Assembly (NCBI RefSeq): GCF_006345805.1
Contig: NC_042997.1
Span: forward strand, 108,500,001 to 108,564,000
Direction of reading: 5' to 3'
DNA: 64,000 nt
From: Octopus sinensis
Taxonomy: Eukaryota
Part shown: positions 38,592-52,749 of the stretch, in pieces
How positions within the stretch are numbered: the first letter of the stretch is position 1
How the letters are laid out: each line of letters opens with the position of its first letter
Translations under genes and position numbers: made by a program
The notes under the pieces: model-generated
What the model was told of the DNA's origin: nothing
Database searches by the model: none
The model's input: the letters and a program-made list of their open reading frames with translations, nothing else

Positions 38592-39135
38592 AAACAGTAT
38601 TTTTTACACAAAACAGATTCTTCTCTGATCTGGCGTTTAATTTCTCACTCTGAATCAATAACATCGGTACCAGTAATTTAATGGACCAGATTCAGCTCAG
38701 TGTATACCTTCCTTCCTTCCTCCCCTCTCTCTCACTCACTCTCTCTCTCCTTTTTAGAAACAAATTATTTTAGAAACCAACAGATTTCTTTGAGAAGTGA
38801 TTTCATTAATGTGTCTCTTGTGGTTGTGAAAGAAAGACATGGCTTCTTTCATTGATCTCCTCTTCATCTCACTGATTAATAATGCGTCTTTTCTTAGTAA
38901 ACCTGTAACTAATAATTTATTTTAAAATATGTCTCCCAGCCTCATCACTGCAATCTGTCTACTCTTTCAATAAAAACACTCTGATCATTTTCTTGTTTTC
39001 TATACCTACTTAACTTACATTCATGTATGTGTGTGTTTATATATATATGTGTTTGTGTGTGTAGCATGCACATACTCTCACACATGAATACTAATAAATA
39101 GGTTGGCAGGTATTTGTAGAAAATAAGAGAATATC

Positions 39136-39350
39136 ATCATCATCATTGTTTAATGTCTACTTTCCATGCTGGCATGGGTTGGGTGATTTGACAGGAGCTG
39201 GCCAGGTAGAAGACTACGCCAAGCTCTGCTGTTTGTTTTGGTGTGGTTTCTATGGTTAGAGGCCCTTTCTAGTACCAACCACTTTACAGGGTGTGGACTG
39301 GATGCTTTCTATGTGGCACTAGTGCTAGTGAGGTCACCAAGTGACAGGAG
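39136..39350 (-). mobile_element. Family A retroposon, diverged
   Basis: (CAT)n plus degenerate body. Confidence 0.65.
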
Positions 39351-41198
39351 AAGATCCCTCAACTGGGGTGGGTGGGGGGAGTATTGAGGGTTTTATGCCA
39401 AATGATGAAAAGTTAGAGGGACAGGAATGGATGTCTTGCAGTAGAGGGGACACAGTTCTACCTCAGTAGGGGAGGGGGGAGAGGTGATATAGATGACATA
39501 GTAAATATGTGATGGGGAGTACAGCCATGTTAAGGGGAGCTGTATATAGTGAAATAGATCAGGGGACTGGATAGGGTGAGTGGGTGGGATTGTGAAAGGA
39601 GAGTGGGAGGTGGAGGGGAGGGGGCCTCAGGAGGACATGTTGTGGGGAAAAGAATTGACAGAGGCATACTCTGTGCTGGTAGGTTTGTGAGGAGGGGAAT
39701 ACAGTGATTGGTGGACACAGGTGGAGGATAAGAGGTGTTGGGAAGATGGGATGTGGGGACGAAGTTTGTCATGGACAGATGGTGTGGTGGGTGGAGGCAT
39801 GGCCGTATATGCCTTTATGGCCTTCATTTTACTTCAATGGATGGGTCACAACAAATCACCATTTGTCTTGGTCCTTTGTCATCTCCTGTGTGAGGATCAA
39901 CATCTGAGGATCATTTCTCTCTACTTTGCCCTAGATTCTCCCTAGGTCTTCCTTGGGTACAAGTGAGGCTTGTTTACAACCATCACATGAGATGACAACA
40001 GCACATGCACTCCCACTATATGTATGTGTGTGAGTGCATACAATGGGCTTTTTCCAGTTTCCATCTACAAAATCCACCCACAAGACTTTGGCCATCCCCG
40101 GGCTATAAAAGAGGACACTTGTCCAAGGTGCCACTCAGTAAGACTGAACCCAAATCCCTATGGTTGAGAAGTAAACTTCTTAACCACACGGCCACACACA
40201 GTTAATAATCCAGTAAACTTGGTGGCAACTGGCAGAATTGTTGCTAGGCTGAGCAAAACGCTTGGTGGCATTTTGTCTGTCTCTACGTTGTGAGTTCAAA
40301 TTTTGCTGAGGTCATCTTTACCTCTCATCACTTTTGGTGGTGGTTCAATGAAATGAGTACCAGTTGTGTACTGGTGTCAATGGAATCAACTCCCCCCCCC
40401 CAACGAAATTAGTGACCTTATACCAAAATTTTAAATCAATAACATATTAAGCTGCGATCTTTTATTTCCCTTTGAAATAGTTTTGGGTGTGAGGGATTAC
40501 AATCTATTAATGATTGTGTCGTATTTATTAGTGAACTAGAAGTCATCTTTGTGGCTTTGTTTTCCCTCCCAGTGGTTTTTGTTTCCCTTGATTTAGACCG
40601 ATGTGTGGCCTCTTCGGTGTACTTTACTCAAATAAGTGTTACTTCTCTTCTCTAAACCTCACTTGGTTAATCATTCATTAATGAGACCACTTGCTAAGAA
40701 TAAACCAAGCAGTGGATGTTCTTTTTCATGTGTTTATTAAAATAAACTTTTTTTTTTATTCCTTTTCTTTTATAATTCTTGAAACAGACACATTTGATGT
40801 CTGGGTTATAAAACACTGTTAATTATTCTCCAAGCTCTATATTCGTCTGCTCTGAGAGTGATGGTATTGTTTCATGGGTAGGAGGACATTTGTCTGATTG
40901 TGTCTCTGCTGGTTTTCTGTCATAAGACACAGCTAAAAGGTATCGGGTGTAAAACACGTTCATGCTAGCATGGGAAAAGCAGATGTACAGTGACGATGAT
41001 GATGATGACAACAACGGTGACGACGATGCTGATGGTAGTGATGGTGATGATGATGACAGCCATGTATTTGTCATTACAACTTCATTCCCATATCCAAATG
41101 TGATAAAAGAAAAAAAAAAAATTGCTGAACTCAAAGAAAAGAAATATTTCTTGTTTAACAACAATGCCTGTGAGAAAAATAAAAAATGTGGTGTGTGT

Positions 41199-41229
<31 letters not shown>

Positions 41230-41522
41230 TGTGTGCTTGTTATGTAAATTACTGCTGATTACTCTGCTCTCTCTCTGCCCACCCTGTTACTCTTCTGATC
41301 AGATTGTCTTGTACATACACCCAGTCATTGCTCATCACCCTCCAATCTGTCCACCCTTTTACTATTGATCACCATATATATTCTCTGCCCACCCTCTATT
41401 CTTCATCCACCCAGTTCAGTTATTGAATGGAATTGGTGAAACGGGTTTTAATTTTCTCACTCAACAGCATATTTCTATAACTTGGAAACAATTATCTTAA
41501 CAGATGTGTTTCTTCTACCATC

Positions 41523-41988
41523 AGGTTGGGTCAATGGAGTATGATGTCCATTTGTAATCTTGATGTGTTGGTCAGGTCAATGGAATATGATGTCCATTTG
41601 TAATCTTGATGTGTTGGTCAAGTGAATGGGGTATGATGTCAATTTGTAATCTTGATGTGTTGGTCAGGTGGATGGAGTATGATGTCCATTTGTAATCCTG
41701 ATGTGTTGGTCAGGTGTATGGAGTATGATGTCCATTTGTAATCTTGATGTGTTGGTCAGGTGTATGGAGTATGATGTCCATTTGTAATCTTGATGTGTTG
41801 GTCATGTGGATGGAGTATGATGTCCATTTGTAATCTTGATGTGTTGGTCAGGTGTATGAAGTATGATGTCCATTTGTAATCTTGATGTGTTGGTCAAGTG
41901 GATGGGGTATGATGTCCATTTGTAATCCTGATGTGTTGGTCAGGTCAGTGGAGTATGATGTCCATTTGTAATCTTGATCTGTTGGTTG
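41523..41988. repeat. 46-bp minisatellite, 10 copies
   Basis: Unit tggagtatgatgtccatttgtaatcttgatgtgttggtcaggtgta starts at 41535, 41581, 41627 ... 41949. Confidence 0.97.
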
Positions 41989-43699
41989 TCTCCTGCATCC
42001 TTTTTTGCATCATCATCATCATTTAACATCCGTCTTCCATGTTGATTTGGGTTGGACAGTTCCAAACGACCCGATGCGTCTCAAGTCAACCTCTTTTTTT
42101 CAGTCTCTGCTTTGATTTAGTTTCTACACCTGGGTGCCCTTCCTTAATGCCAACCACTTTATGGCATGCACTTGGTGCTTTTCTTGTGGCACTAATGAGG
42201 CCACCATGCAGCTTGTATGATTAAGACCCCCATCCAACTGGGGTTGCAGAAGAGAGGGAAGGTTATGGGGTTAAAATATGGTGGAAGGGGCCAAAACAAA
42301 AAATACATTTTGCTAGAAGAGAGGGTGGCAATGGATGGGGTGGAGCAGGAAAGAGATAAAAATAGTAATGATGAGGTATCATGGGAAGAGCCTCAAGATC
42401 TGAGCTGAATAGAAGTGAGTGGGGGTAGGAGAACTGGAGGGAGTGTGGATGGGTACAGGTTGCAAGAGTGGGGCGGGTGGTTGAGCATTATTCTAACATA
42501 AATGAACATTAAAGTTTTGCTCATGAACTAATTATCATTGCTTAATAATTCAGTCAAACTAAATTTATGTAAAACTTGTATGGGAAAGTGTTCGTCAATA
42601 ACTTCTCTTGTTATAAATTTCAATTAAACGGATACTTTTAAAATCACTAATTTACTTAAAATACATCTGCTTTGCACTTCATTTATTTTACCTCACTGCA
42701 GTTATCTGTCTGTCTGTTTGTCTCTCACTCTCATTATAAAGACAAGACTTTATACAAAAAATTTGTTAATTTCCAAATATTTCTGTTGGAGGTATTTCTC
42801 CAGTGTCCTTTTTCTCCAACATAGTTGGCAAACAACTGAGAAACTTCTTCCTTCTAGAAAAGTCTTTTTCTTTTATTTTGACATTGTTTCAATCCTTAGG
42901 TTTCCCTATTGGTTGACATATTTTCTATATTCACTTACCATGGGAGAGCACATGTATATTTTCTTAATATTCATTGACCAATTCCAAAGTAGAATCCCCA
43001 CATGTTAGCTTTGCAGACTGACATAATCAAGGCAGAACATGATGGTGATTGTAATATCAGGATTGACTAGCAGAAAACCGCCTGGAAGATGGTATTTCTG
43101 TTTGTAATTCTACTGATGATAACAATCCTTTCTACTATAGGCACTAGACCTGAAGTTTTGAGGGGTGGGGCTTGTTGATTACATCAACGCCAGTTATTGT
43201 CATCATTATCATCATTCAGTGTTTTAAATCTGGGTGTTGTTCCTGTTAACAGGGGTGGCCGGATCTACCTCGATGCCATAGCAACTGTGGTAGGCAGGTG
43301 TAGCTCACCGCAAACTTTGGGCGGGTTGGCTGGTGCCTAATTTTCCTTTGCTATCAGGAGGCTTTTTTGAAACTGGATTTTCTACAGGGAGCATGCCCTC
43401 AGTTTCTAGACATGAGTGGTCCCGAGACCAAGGCCTCTACCACGGTTTTTCAGAAATGTGGTGAAAAACTAGCTCAGGAAGGCAGGGACGTTACTCCCTG
43501 AGACCCCTTTCAGAGACCCCCTACTGGCTGTTCCTTATTTTATTAACCCTGAAAGAATGAAAGGCAAAATCAACTTCAGTGGAATTTGAACTCAGAACAT
43601 AAAGATAGATGAAATACCATGAAGCATTCTATCCAGTGAGCTAACGATCTGCCAGTTCGCTTGCTGCTGTAATAATAATACCAATTTTTAGTGATAACT

Positions 43700-44520
43700 G
43701 CCCAACCAGAGCCTTATGCGCCATTTAACATACTAACAGAACGACAAGCAGAATTAAAATACAATGATTGAAAATTCAGGGAGATGAGTTTCTGGCGATG
43801 GGACGAATCAGTTGAGCAAGATTCTCACCTGCAGTTGACTCAAGTTAGATTATTCTGTGGTTGTTACAATCTGATTTACCTCCCTTTCTTCAGATGGTCA
43901 AATCTCTGACTTCCTCTTGTGTCCAGATTATCTGAAGCAGTATGTGAATCATTGTTGCTAAGCCTCCCTTCTCAAGTGAATACATCTCAGACAGGATCTC
44001 ATCAGACCCCTCCTCCCAGGCTTTTTTTTTGTTTAGGGAATGGATTGTTTTTTTTTTCTTCTTTGCTTCAGTTTTGGAGGTGTCAGATGATGCAACTTGG
44101 CCATCCATTCTTAAACTTTGTGCAAGGGTGATCTTTCGTTGGTTGCCTTGTGACAAGTCTTTGAGATGTTCTTTTCAGAGGCAGTGTGCATCTTACAAGA
44201 GAAATGCTTTGAGCAACACAAACCTCTGCACACGAGTTTCTTTGATTCCATAAATGGAAACTGTTAAACTTGGCTGCTTGCAAAGATTCCCTGCAATCGC
44301 ACCAAACCTTCAGTTTAGTGTCCGTCTTCCTCTGCAGTTTTCAACGAGAACCAGAGCAAGTTAGAGCTGTAGAATTGCTTCTCCATTCTTTCTCTCGATC
44401 ATCTATGTTTGGAGTTATGATGACCGAAACTACCACCTGGTATCCACATCTCATACTGTACAGACTGTGATCTCCTCTTTCACTCTGCCATCTTTCTACT
44501 AGATCAAGCTCCATGACTAC
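43700..44520 (-). mobile_element. Decayed RTE (BovB-like) LINE fragment: linker and start of RT
   Basis: IHSLNKKKAWEEGSDEILSEMY..LATMIHILLQIIWTQEEV matches the KAPGSD.IPAE.YK..L..IW..E..P motif. Confidence 0.75.
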
Positions 44521-44689
44521 ATCAGTAACTGAACTTGGACACACAGATATAGGTGGTGGTGGTGGTGGTGCAGTTAGTGTGACTTTAGTGAAACAACTAT
44601 GGATAATTATTAGGATATTATCACTGATAGCGATGCCAACATGTGTCTCCTGCCAACATTAGTAAAATGTATTACCTGGTCCATGCCAT

Positions 44690-44900
44690 TTGGGTGCATG
44701 GACAGAAGTTGGAAAATATAGAATATTTCCAGTATCTGGGTAACGGCCTTTCACAAAATACGATTCAATATTGGATAAAATATGCCAGTGTCAATGTTGG
44801 TTGTGTGAGGTGGACAAGGTTTACAAAGATCCTTCTCCAAGACAACCAACCAATGACCACAGTTGTAATCGTTCTTCCCTACAGTCCTGAAACTGGAACA
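44690..44900 (+). mobile_element. RTE RT C-terminal fragment
   Basis: VHGQKLENIEYFQYLGN resembles the I.G..LE.V..F.YLGS motif. Confidence 0.55.
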
Positions 44901-45674
44901 GGTTAGGGGTACTTTGTGAATGCGAGTGTAGGTTATTACAAATGAGATGTATGAGTATGAGTGAGGCCTACAACATGAACTAGTAGGAACGTTATCTTTA
45001 TTTCTTGTGGTTACTGTTTCAGTGTTGACTAATGCCATTAATTAGTAAATATTAACGAGACTATCAACATTTTATTTCTGTTCTGTAGAGTTTGTTGTTC
45101 ATATATTTTACATATTTCACTTTAATAAGTTCACCAATGTCTAGGGCAAGTATTAAACTTCGCTACTTTCTTAATGTTAATTAAGCTGAAATGAATTGAT
45201 TTTTTTGTTTTTGTTTAGAGTATATTTTCTGAGAGTAAATTATGTTTTTAGACAGTTTGTGTTGCTACTAGTTGAATCCTATTTCAGCCATAGAATCGGT
45301 TCTAAGAAGATTCTTGGTTGAAGTTAGAGCTAAGTTTGTATGATCTGCAATTATTGTTTCATAAATTCCACATTCAGCTTATAAGGTATTTAAATTGTCT
45401 TCTCTCTGAACAAGTTCATATTTAATGTGAAATGTAATTTAGTATGATGTGTGTGTGTGTGTGTGTGTGTGTGAATAGTTGTTTTTGTATAAATTGTTGA
45501 AATTAGGTTTTATGCTTTTATTTATAAATCTTCTTCAAAGAAGGATATCAAGTTAAACAAGACAGTCATTAATTAATTAACTGGTTATCTTAATCATTAT
45601 AGCGAATGAGAAAAAAGTTGATGCAATATTGTGGAAAACAGTTCATTTTCAAACTGTATTATCAACGGAAAGAA

Positions 45675-45675
<1 letters not shown>

Positions 45676-45713
<38 letters not shown>

Positions 45714-45723
45714 TAAGTATTGT

Positions 45724-45765
<42 letters not shown>
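45676..45765. repeat. (TA)n and (TG)n microsatellites
   Basis: Direct inspection. Confidence 0.95.
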
Positions 45766-45767
<2 letters not shown>

Positions 45768-46369
45768 GGCAAACAGGTTAAGCTGTTCTAGAGTAAGTAG
45801 GGTGTACTTCTGTTTGTAGCACAAGTATGAAAACAAGGTGTCTAGTTTTATCATTTGTCAGTTGGTAACCTAGTCACTTCAAACATTTCAATATGTGCCA
45901 GTAAATGTTATGGATTTAACCTAGAAATCAACCATATTAGCGTTATTTGAATATTTAAGAATCTTTGTGAGTTTTCGTTGCAACTGAAATAAAAAGACTA
46001 AACTTAATCTAAAAGACTTTTTTTAATGGTTTTTCTGCTATACTGGGTAATGTTGTTCTTGTTGAAGTAATAGGTGTATATGTATACACACACAGTAGTT
46101 GTGTATATACATACATGCAGATATCATTATTTCTTAATTAATATATTTTAAATCATAAGTATTTTAAGGTTATTAATTTCAGAAATTTAATTGTGTTTTT
46201 TTGGGGGGGCGGGGTTCCAAATTAAGTGGAATATTTTAATCCCTTTCAAAAAATGTTTCCTCTTTCCTATTCCTTGTGACCCCCATTCTTTATTCGAGTC
46301 TTTTACAAACTTTGAATATTTTTATTTTGGTTTGTGGAAGTGTATTTGTTATGTAAGGGTGTCTCTCAT

Positions 46370-46680
46370 GCTGGCCTTTTGTCAGTTGCGACGACGAGTG
46401 TTCCGGTTGATATATGATCAACAGAAGGGCAGCTTGTGAAGTTAACATGCAAGCACTGTACAGACTTGTGTACCCTAATGTAATTTTCAGGGATTCAGTG
46501 TGACACAGAATGTGACCAGGCTGCCCTATGAAATACATGTCCGCACCATTTGTGCCAGCTGAGTGAGCTTAAGTAATGTGAAATAAAGTGTCTTGCTCAA
46601 GGAGACAGTGTGTGAAGAGGAAATGAACTTCTGACCTACTACCGTGAGCTGAATACCCCTAACCTCCAAGCCATGTACCT
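46370..46680 (-). mobile_element. Family D SINE
   Basis: Similar to 19020-19536 (tcagtgtgacacagaa..aataaagtgtcttgctcaagga). Confidence 0.6.
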
Positions 46681-47258
46681 TCCTGATGTCTCTCTTAGTG
46701 GCTTGTTAATCAGTAAGGCACCCTACTAGTTTGCTGCAAACATGTTTGGTTGACACCGTTCCTTCAAATACTTTCCTTGCTGATTAACATAAATTTCTGT
46801 TGCCTTTCATAAAATAAACACCATAATACTCTTCAGTTGTCTGTTTTCAAAAGAGAAGTCAAGACTTTTTTTTTTTAAATTAATATACTGGGTGGCTTCC
46901 CAGCCTCTTGGGTCTGGGTTCAGTCCTACTGCATGGTACCTTGGGCAAATGTCTTCTAGAGCCCTTTACTGACCAAAGCCTTGTGAGTGGATTTGGTAGA
47001 TGGAAACTGAAAGAAGCCTGTTGTGTGTGTGTCCTTGTTTTGACTTTGCATGATTATTGTAAACGAATGTTGTTCCTTTCCAGTCTTCTGTGTAAAACAT
47101 GTCTATCCATATGGGGTGGGGGGATATCACCTTGGTTGGAAACAGATGATGGTTGGTGATAGGGAGGGCATCTGGACTTAGAAAAGTCTGTTAATGAATT
47201 CCATCTGCCTCATGCAAGATTGAAATAATGGACATTAAAAAACTGATAATGATATACC

Positions 47259-47491
47259 TATTTCTTTACTACCCACAAGGGGCTAAACACAGAGAGGACA
47301 AACAAGAACAGACAAACGGATTAAGTCGATTACATCGACCCCAGTGCGTAACTTATACTTAATTTATTGACCTTGAAAGGATGAAAGGCAAAGTTGACCT
47401 CAGTGGAATTTGAACTCAGAAAGTAATGGCAGACGAAATACGGCTACGTATTTCACCCTGCATGATAACAATTCTGCCAGCTCGCCACCTT
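47259..47491 (-). mobile_element. Full-length family C SINE with 15-bp TSD
   Basis: tgataatgatatacc at 47244-47258 and 47497-47511. Confidence 0.9.
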
Positions 47492-48079
47492 CAAAATGAT
47501 AATGATATACCATGTCTGTGCATGTGTATATGTATGTGGATACAGACACACAGATTATAATCATCATGTGATATTACCATCATCATTCATCCGTTTTGCA
47601 TGTTGGCATGGGTGGGAGGTTTGACAGGGGACGTCTGAGCAGAAGATTGCCCCATGCTTCACTCTTTGGTTTTGGCAGGGTTTTATGGCTGGATGCTCTT
47701 CCTAACACCAACCACCCAACAGTGATAGTTGCAGTGAAATTAGCAAATAAAATGGTTTCGTTTTTGTACAGATGGCCAACTATTATGAGATTGTATGGAA
47801 AAGCCTATTCGGGCTGATGTCTATGAAACACTATGGAGGACAGCTTCCATAGGTTTGGTTTGTAGTGTAAGGAAATAGCATTGTTATACCTTGGCTGATT
47901 TCAAGCTAATTAGAAAAGCAAGTTGTATTTAAAGACACCCAAGTAAAATAGATTAGGATAAAGTTTGTGCATAAAACCGTGCTTAAGTTGATCATCGGAA
48001 TCTATATAAATGTTATAATTAAGTGGTTTCTGCTGGCTGGAGATGGCAGGCTCCGAATGAGGAAGAAAGAGAAATAAAG

Positions 48080-48089
48080 TTAGTTGCAT

Positions 48090-48122
<33 letters not shown>

Positions 48123-48310
48123 TAAAAGTAGCTAGTTTGTTAAAGGTAGATAGATAGATTATGCTGAGAGAGAGAGAGATATTTAACTAGCTAGCTAGGT
48201 AAGATAAAGGTAGCAAGATAGGGGTAGATAGATAAATCGATAGATTGATAGATAGATAAATAGATAAAGGTAGTGAGGTAGATAGATAGATAGGTAGATA
48301 AGTAGGTAGG
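48080..48310. repeat. (GA)n/(GATA)n compound low-complexity tract
   Basis: Direct inspection. Confidence 0.85.
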
Positions 48311-49167
48311 GAGAGAAGAAAATAGAGGGGAGTCATTTTACAAGTCTCAAACTTTTCACAGTCATGTTAAAAACAATGTAAATGTATGGCTAAGGAGAGA
48401 GAGAGAGAGAGAAAGAAAGAAAGAGGTGGGAGGGGACTAAATGTTTGCTCTTGTGCTGTGATGTAAATGCAATCTTACAGAAAATAATTTTCTCATTGCT
48501 TATCCTGCTTATCTTTCAAGTCATTTAAGAAATGTGCATTAATATCTTGGTTTTGTTATTCACCAAACATTCCTGTGTGAAAACCAGTTTTCTTAAATTC
48601 AGGAAAAAGAACAAAAAGAAAGAGCCCCCCCCCCACCGCCTCTTACTGAAATCTGGTTTTGGCTCTACCATACATTGACAGAGCTAGTGTTTAATAAGTA
48701 CGAATCACTCAACTGTGACCTGTTGGCACTTTTGATAGCAGCCCACCTGAGACTGCCCCCCACTTCTGCTTCTAGCATACAAACTTCCTGCTTTTAAGCC
48801 ATCTAAATTAAAACTTTCCAATCAAAATATGTTAATCCTTGTTCCAGACACCCTGGTAAAAGAATGACAAAAGTATTTTACTGAATTCTTCCTTATTTTC
48901 AAAATTAATAGAAAGAAAGGACAGTGTATTTCAGCAGACACTTGGTAACGAAATGGTTAGTGTCATCATTATTATCTTCATCTCTAAGAGAGTTTCTTTA
49001 GAGTACAGAAAACCTGTAGAGCTAAACTTAAAAGAGAGAATATTGCACTGCTAACACAAAAGACAGCGACAAGATTGATTTGTAAATCTTAAATACATTT
49101 GACAGTAATGTTATGATTGCAAAATAAAACTATGTCGTTACTAGCAATTAATATGTATAATCTTCCA

Positions 49168-49828
49168 TGCCAGTGGCACATAAAAGGGCACCATTCGAGT
49201 GTGATTGTTGCCAGTGTCGCCTTACTGGCACTTGTGCCCGTGCTAGTAGGGTGCCAAGAGCACCATCCAAGCGTGATCGTTGCTAGAGCAGCCAACTGGC
49301 TTCCGTGCCGATGGCACGTAAAAGGTCATCATTCGAGCGTGATCGTTGCCAGTTCCGCCTGACTGGCCCCTGTGACGGTGGCATGTAAAAGGGCACCATT
49401 CAAGCGTGGTCATTACCAACGTCGCCTTACTGGCACCTGTGCCGGTGGCATGTGTAAAAAGATTTGAGCGAGGTCATTGCCAGTACCACCTGACTGGCCC
49501 CTGTGCCATGGCACGTAAAAGGGCACCATTCGAGTGTGATCATTATCAACATCGCCTAACTGGCACCTGTGCCAGTGGCATGTGTAAAAAGATTCGAGCG
49601 AGGTCATTGCCAGTACTGCCTGACTGGCCCCCGTGCCGGTGGCACATAAAGAGCACCCACTACACTTTCAGAGTGGTTGGCATTAGGAAGGGCATCCAGC
49701 TGTAGAAACTCTGCCAGATCAAGATTGGGGCCTAGTGCAGCCATCTGGTTCGCCAGTCCTCAGTCAAAATCGTCCAACCCATGCTAGCATGGAAAGCGGA
49801 CGTTAAACGATGATGATTTTGATGATGA
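49168..49828 (+). mobile_element. Long family A retroposon with about 7 tandem 64-71-bp units before the common 3' body
   Basis: Units start near 49168, 49235, 49306, 49373, 49440, 49504 and 49570, then the standard body and (GAT)n tail. Confidence 0.9.
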
Positions 49829-49829
49829 A

Positions 49830-51700
49830 TCTTGATGTTCCAGTTCACTTTCATCCTAGATTCAAACTATTTCCTTTCTCCATTTATCTTTTTAAAGTCT
49901 TTATCCACATCCTTAATTCGTGTTCATCCCCTGCACATCCCTAATGATCCTCAGTGCTTTGATGATGACTTGTGTGTATATCTGGGGTAACATCATACTC
50001 TGTGTCCTTCCTTTTTTAACATGAATGTTTTTCATGGGAGACATACTTGCTTCCTTTCTTTCTAGTCTTCACAAAGTATCTACCTCCAAGTCCCATGTCT
50101 CACAGCATAACATTTTGCATACAAACTTCATATAATCTGTCCTTCATTTTTAGAGAGAAGCCATTTGTTGCCAACAAAGACAACAGCTTTGTCAACTTTC
50201 CCCAACCTTATTTTGACTTCTATACTTTCTGAACAGCCACTCCTGCTGCTAATTAGGGTACCCAAGTAGCAAAACTTCAAAGGAGCTGTCCTGACATTTG
50301 AGACAGTATCTATTTCTCTAGTGGTGTGGTGCACCTTCTGAACATGAAATCTACCTTTCCTATTAACCTGCTTGTGATCCCACTACATCTTTTGTGAGTC
50401 CATTATTCATACTGGGCCCACCATATAGAATTTTTACTGAAACCTGTTCTGCAATATAAGCATGACCATTTCTTTGATTGTATCAGGGTCCAGTCTTCTC
50501 CCTTCATACTTTGCCTTTGTTAACTAAGATCTTTCAATTCCAGGTTTTGCTTCTCTTTGAAATTTGCTTCAATTCTTTTACTGATTCTGCTCCAAGAGCT
50601 GTCAGTATACAGGACTTCTTAAGGATAGTCAATCCTAAATTCCTCTGTTATAGTTTAGAGGCTACAATAAATAGTGGTGGTGGTGTTGGATCGAGAACCA
50701 AGTCCTGATGAGCTGCTTTCATCATCATCATCATTGTTTAACATCCACCTTCTATGCTGGCATGAGGTGGACGGTTTGACCGAGGACTGGCAAACCAGGA
50801 GGCTGCACCAGACTTCAGTCTGATTTGACAAGATTTCTACATCTGGATGCCCTTCCTAATGTCAACCACTCCAAGAGTATAGGGGGGTGCTTTTTACATG
50901 CTACCAGCACAGGGGCCAGTCAGGCAGTACTGGCATCGGCCATACTCAAATGGTGCTTTTTACGTGCCACTGGCATGGGAGCCAGTCAGGCAGCACTTGA
51001 ATTTATTGCTGAGTCTCACCTTGCTGACTGCAACTCTTTACATGGATTGTACAGAGGTTTAAACTACTCTTTTAGCCATTTGGATATTCGCTTCCTGATA
51101 ACCCCTTAAATTTCCGGTCTTTCCAAGCCTGTCTCTTTGTTGCTCTGGCATAGAACTGTTCCACTGCCATGTTTTTACACACCAGCCACGGGTTTGGTCT
51201 CCACCCCCAATAGATTATCTCGTAGAAACTTTTAATCTTGTTCCCATGTTATAAACCTTTATCTCCCCTTCCTTATTGCCCCTAGGCATCAGTAAATCTC
51301 TCTCTAAATGCAGAAATCATTGAAAGTTTTTTCACCTTTCAGTTCTTCTTTCCCCAAATAATCTTTTGTCTGTGAATCATTAACCACTGATCTATCTGGA
51401 TGGTTCATTCTTCACCTCAAAAGGACATGACATTTTATAATCCTTTGTCTATTCCATTGCATGGATAGAATAAAGTCTGTCTTGTTTGTGTCCTTACTTG
51501 ATTGGTAAGCAGTCAGGTGTCTGAGACATCTCCTGAAGATAAGGTTTCAAATCATGAGATCATCGGCATCACAGAACTCCAATAATCTTGATTCTTTTGC
51601 ATGTCTTGTACCATTCCCTTGACCTCCAGAGTAGCCATCATGGTGTTGACCAACATGCCCATTAATGTTGCCAGCTGTCGTAATGACATCTGTTACTGAC
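49830..51700 (-). mobile_element. Decayed RTE LINE (endonuclease + RT), interrupted by family A
   Basis: Minus strand AGNINGHVG..SRLLEFCDADDLMI..TDFIL near 51.5 kb and FCYLGTLISSRSGCSESI..IRLG near 50.25 kb. Confidence 0.85.
50719..50995 (-). mobile_element. Family A retroposon
   Basis: (CAT)n plus reverse-complement body. Confidence 0.8.
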
Positions 51701-52749
51701 ATGGCTACAAACAATAAATAGATCTTTCGAAATATTTTTATATTGATAAATTTGATTGATTTTGGATAATTGTCTTGATTTTATTTTCATTTGTTAATAT
51801 CTTGAGAAGTATTTAGTCAGGCAGTTCCACAAATTAATACACTGTAACTATAGCTTTATTAAGGTGTGTGTGTGTGTGAATTTTAGTAAGTAACGTATTA
51901 CCGTAAAAGAGTTATGATAATGACTGCATTCTTCAAGAGTGTTAGTTTTCAGGTAAGATTACAAGAAAGTGAAAAACCAAGGCTTCTAATATTTACGAGT
52001 AAGATTAATCATTTTCTATTTAAGTATTGGAAGTTGTTCTAATTGAGAGACAGAAAAAAACATGGGTCGTGGTCTGAGGAATTCTTCACTTTCCTAATCT
52101 CATAGAAACATAATTTGACAGGAAGAAGTTTGATAATTCTTCTTCTTTGAAATGGATGCTTCTGCCATTGCCGAGATGTTTATTTAATGCTGAGAAATAT
52201 TTTCTTCTATAAATTTTCATTATCTCATTTACATTTTCACATTCCATAAGAGAAAAACTAACTTGAAAATAAAGTATAAGTTGAAAGATAAATAGTCTCA
52301 AAGTATTTTGATAGAAAAAAGTTTCTGTATTTATTACTTAAAATTCTTATTGCTGTTTGTTGTTGCCGTTTTGACACAATATTAAAATATTCTTTTTATG
52401 TATAATCGAATATGTCTGATATTTGATAGAAGATGAATATTATGTAATTTGCTGGATTTTTGAAATTGAATTTGTCTAAAGAGGAGGATCAGCAACAGTA
52501 ATCTTTGAATATTATTCTCTTAGAATGTGGAAGAGGAATAACCAGACAGATAGAGATGTTGTGTAGTTAGGGTTGTTGCTGTTTGGGAGTTCTGAAGATC
52601 TGACGATTATATGAGTGGGGAGAAGTTTTCAAGGGGGTTGTGCAATGTTAGGTAACAGTGTTATGTAAAGTTAGCAAATTGGAATGAACAGAAACAGCTA
52701 TTGATGTCATTGCTTGAAACGACAGGGAAAGGACACAGTTTAGTGGTGG

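Noticed and set aside
39360-39800. G-rich tract as a functional G-quadruplex element (similar purine/pyrimidine-skewed tracts at 1-540, 27640-28000 and 58050-58440)
   Set aside because: Looks like decayed strand-biased repeat; no specific evidence of function, and the family could not be assigned
41523-41988. CRISPR-like appearance of the 46-bp array
   Set aside because: Variable parts are only about 8 nt and homologous to each other; no unique spacers, no cas genes, eukaryotic context
49168-49660. Palindromic repeats with intervening sequence as a CRISPR or iteron array
   Set aside because: Intervening segments are homologous tandem units inside a dispersed retroposon
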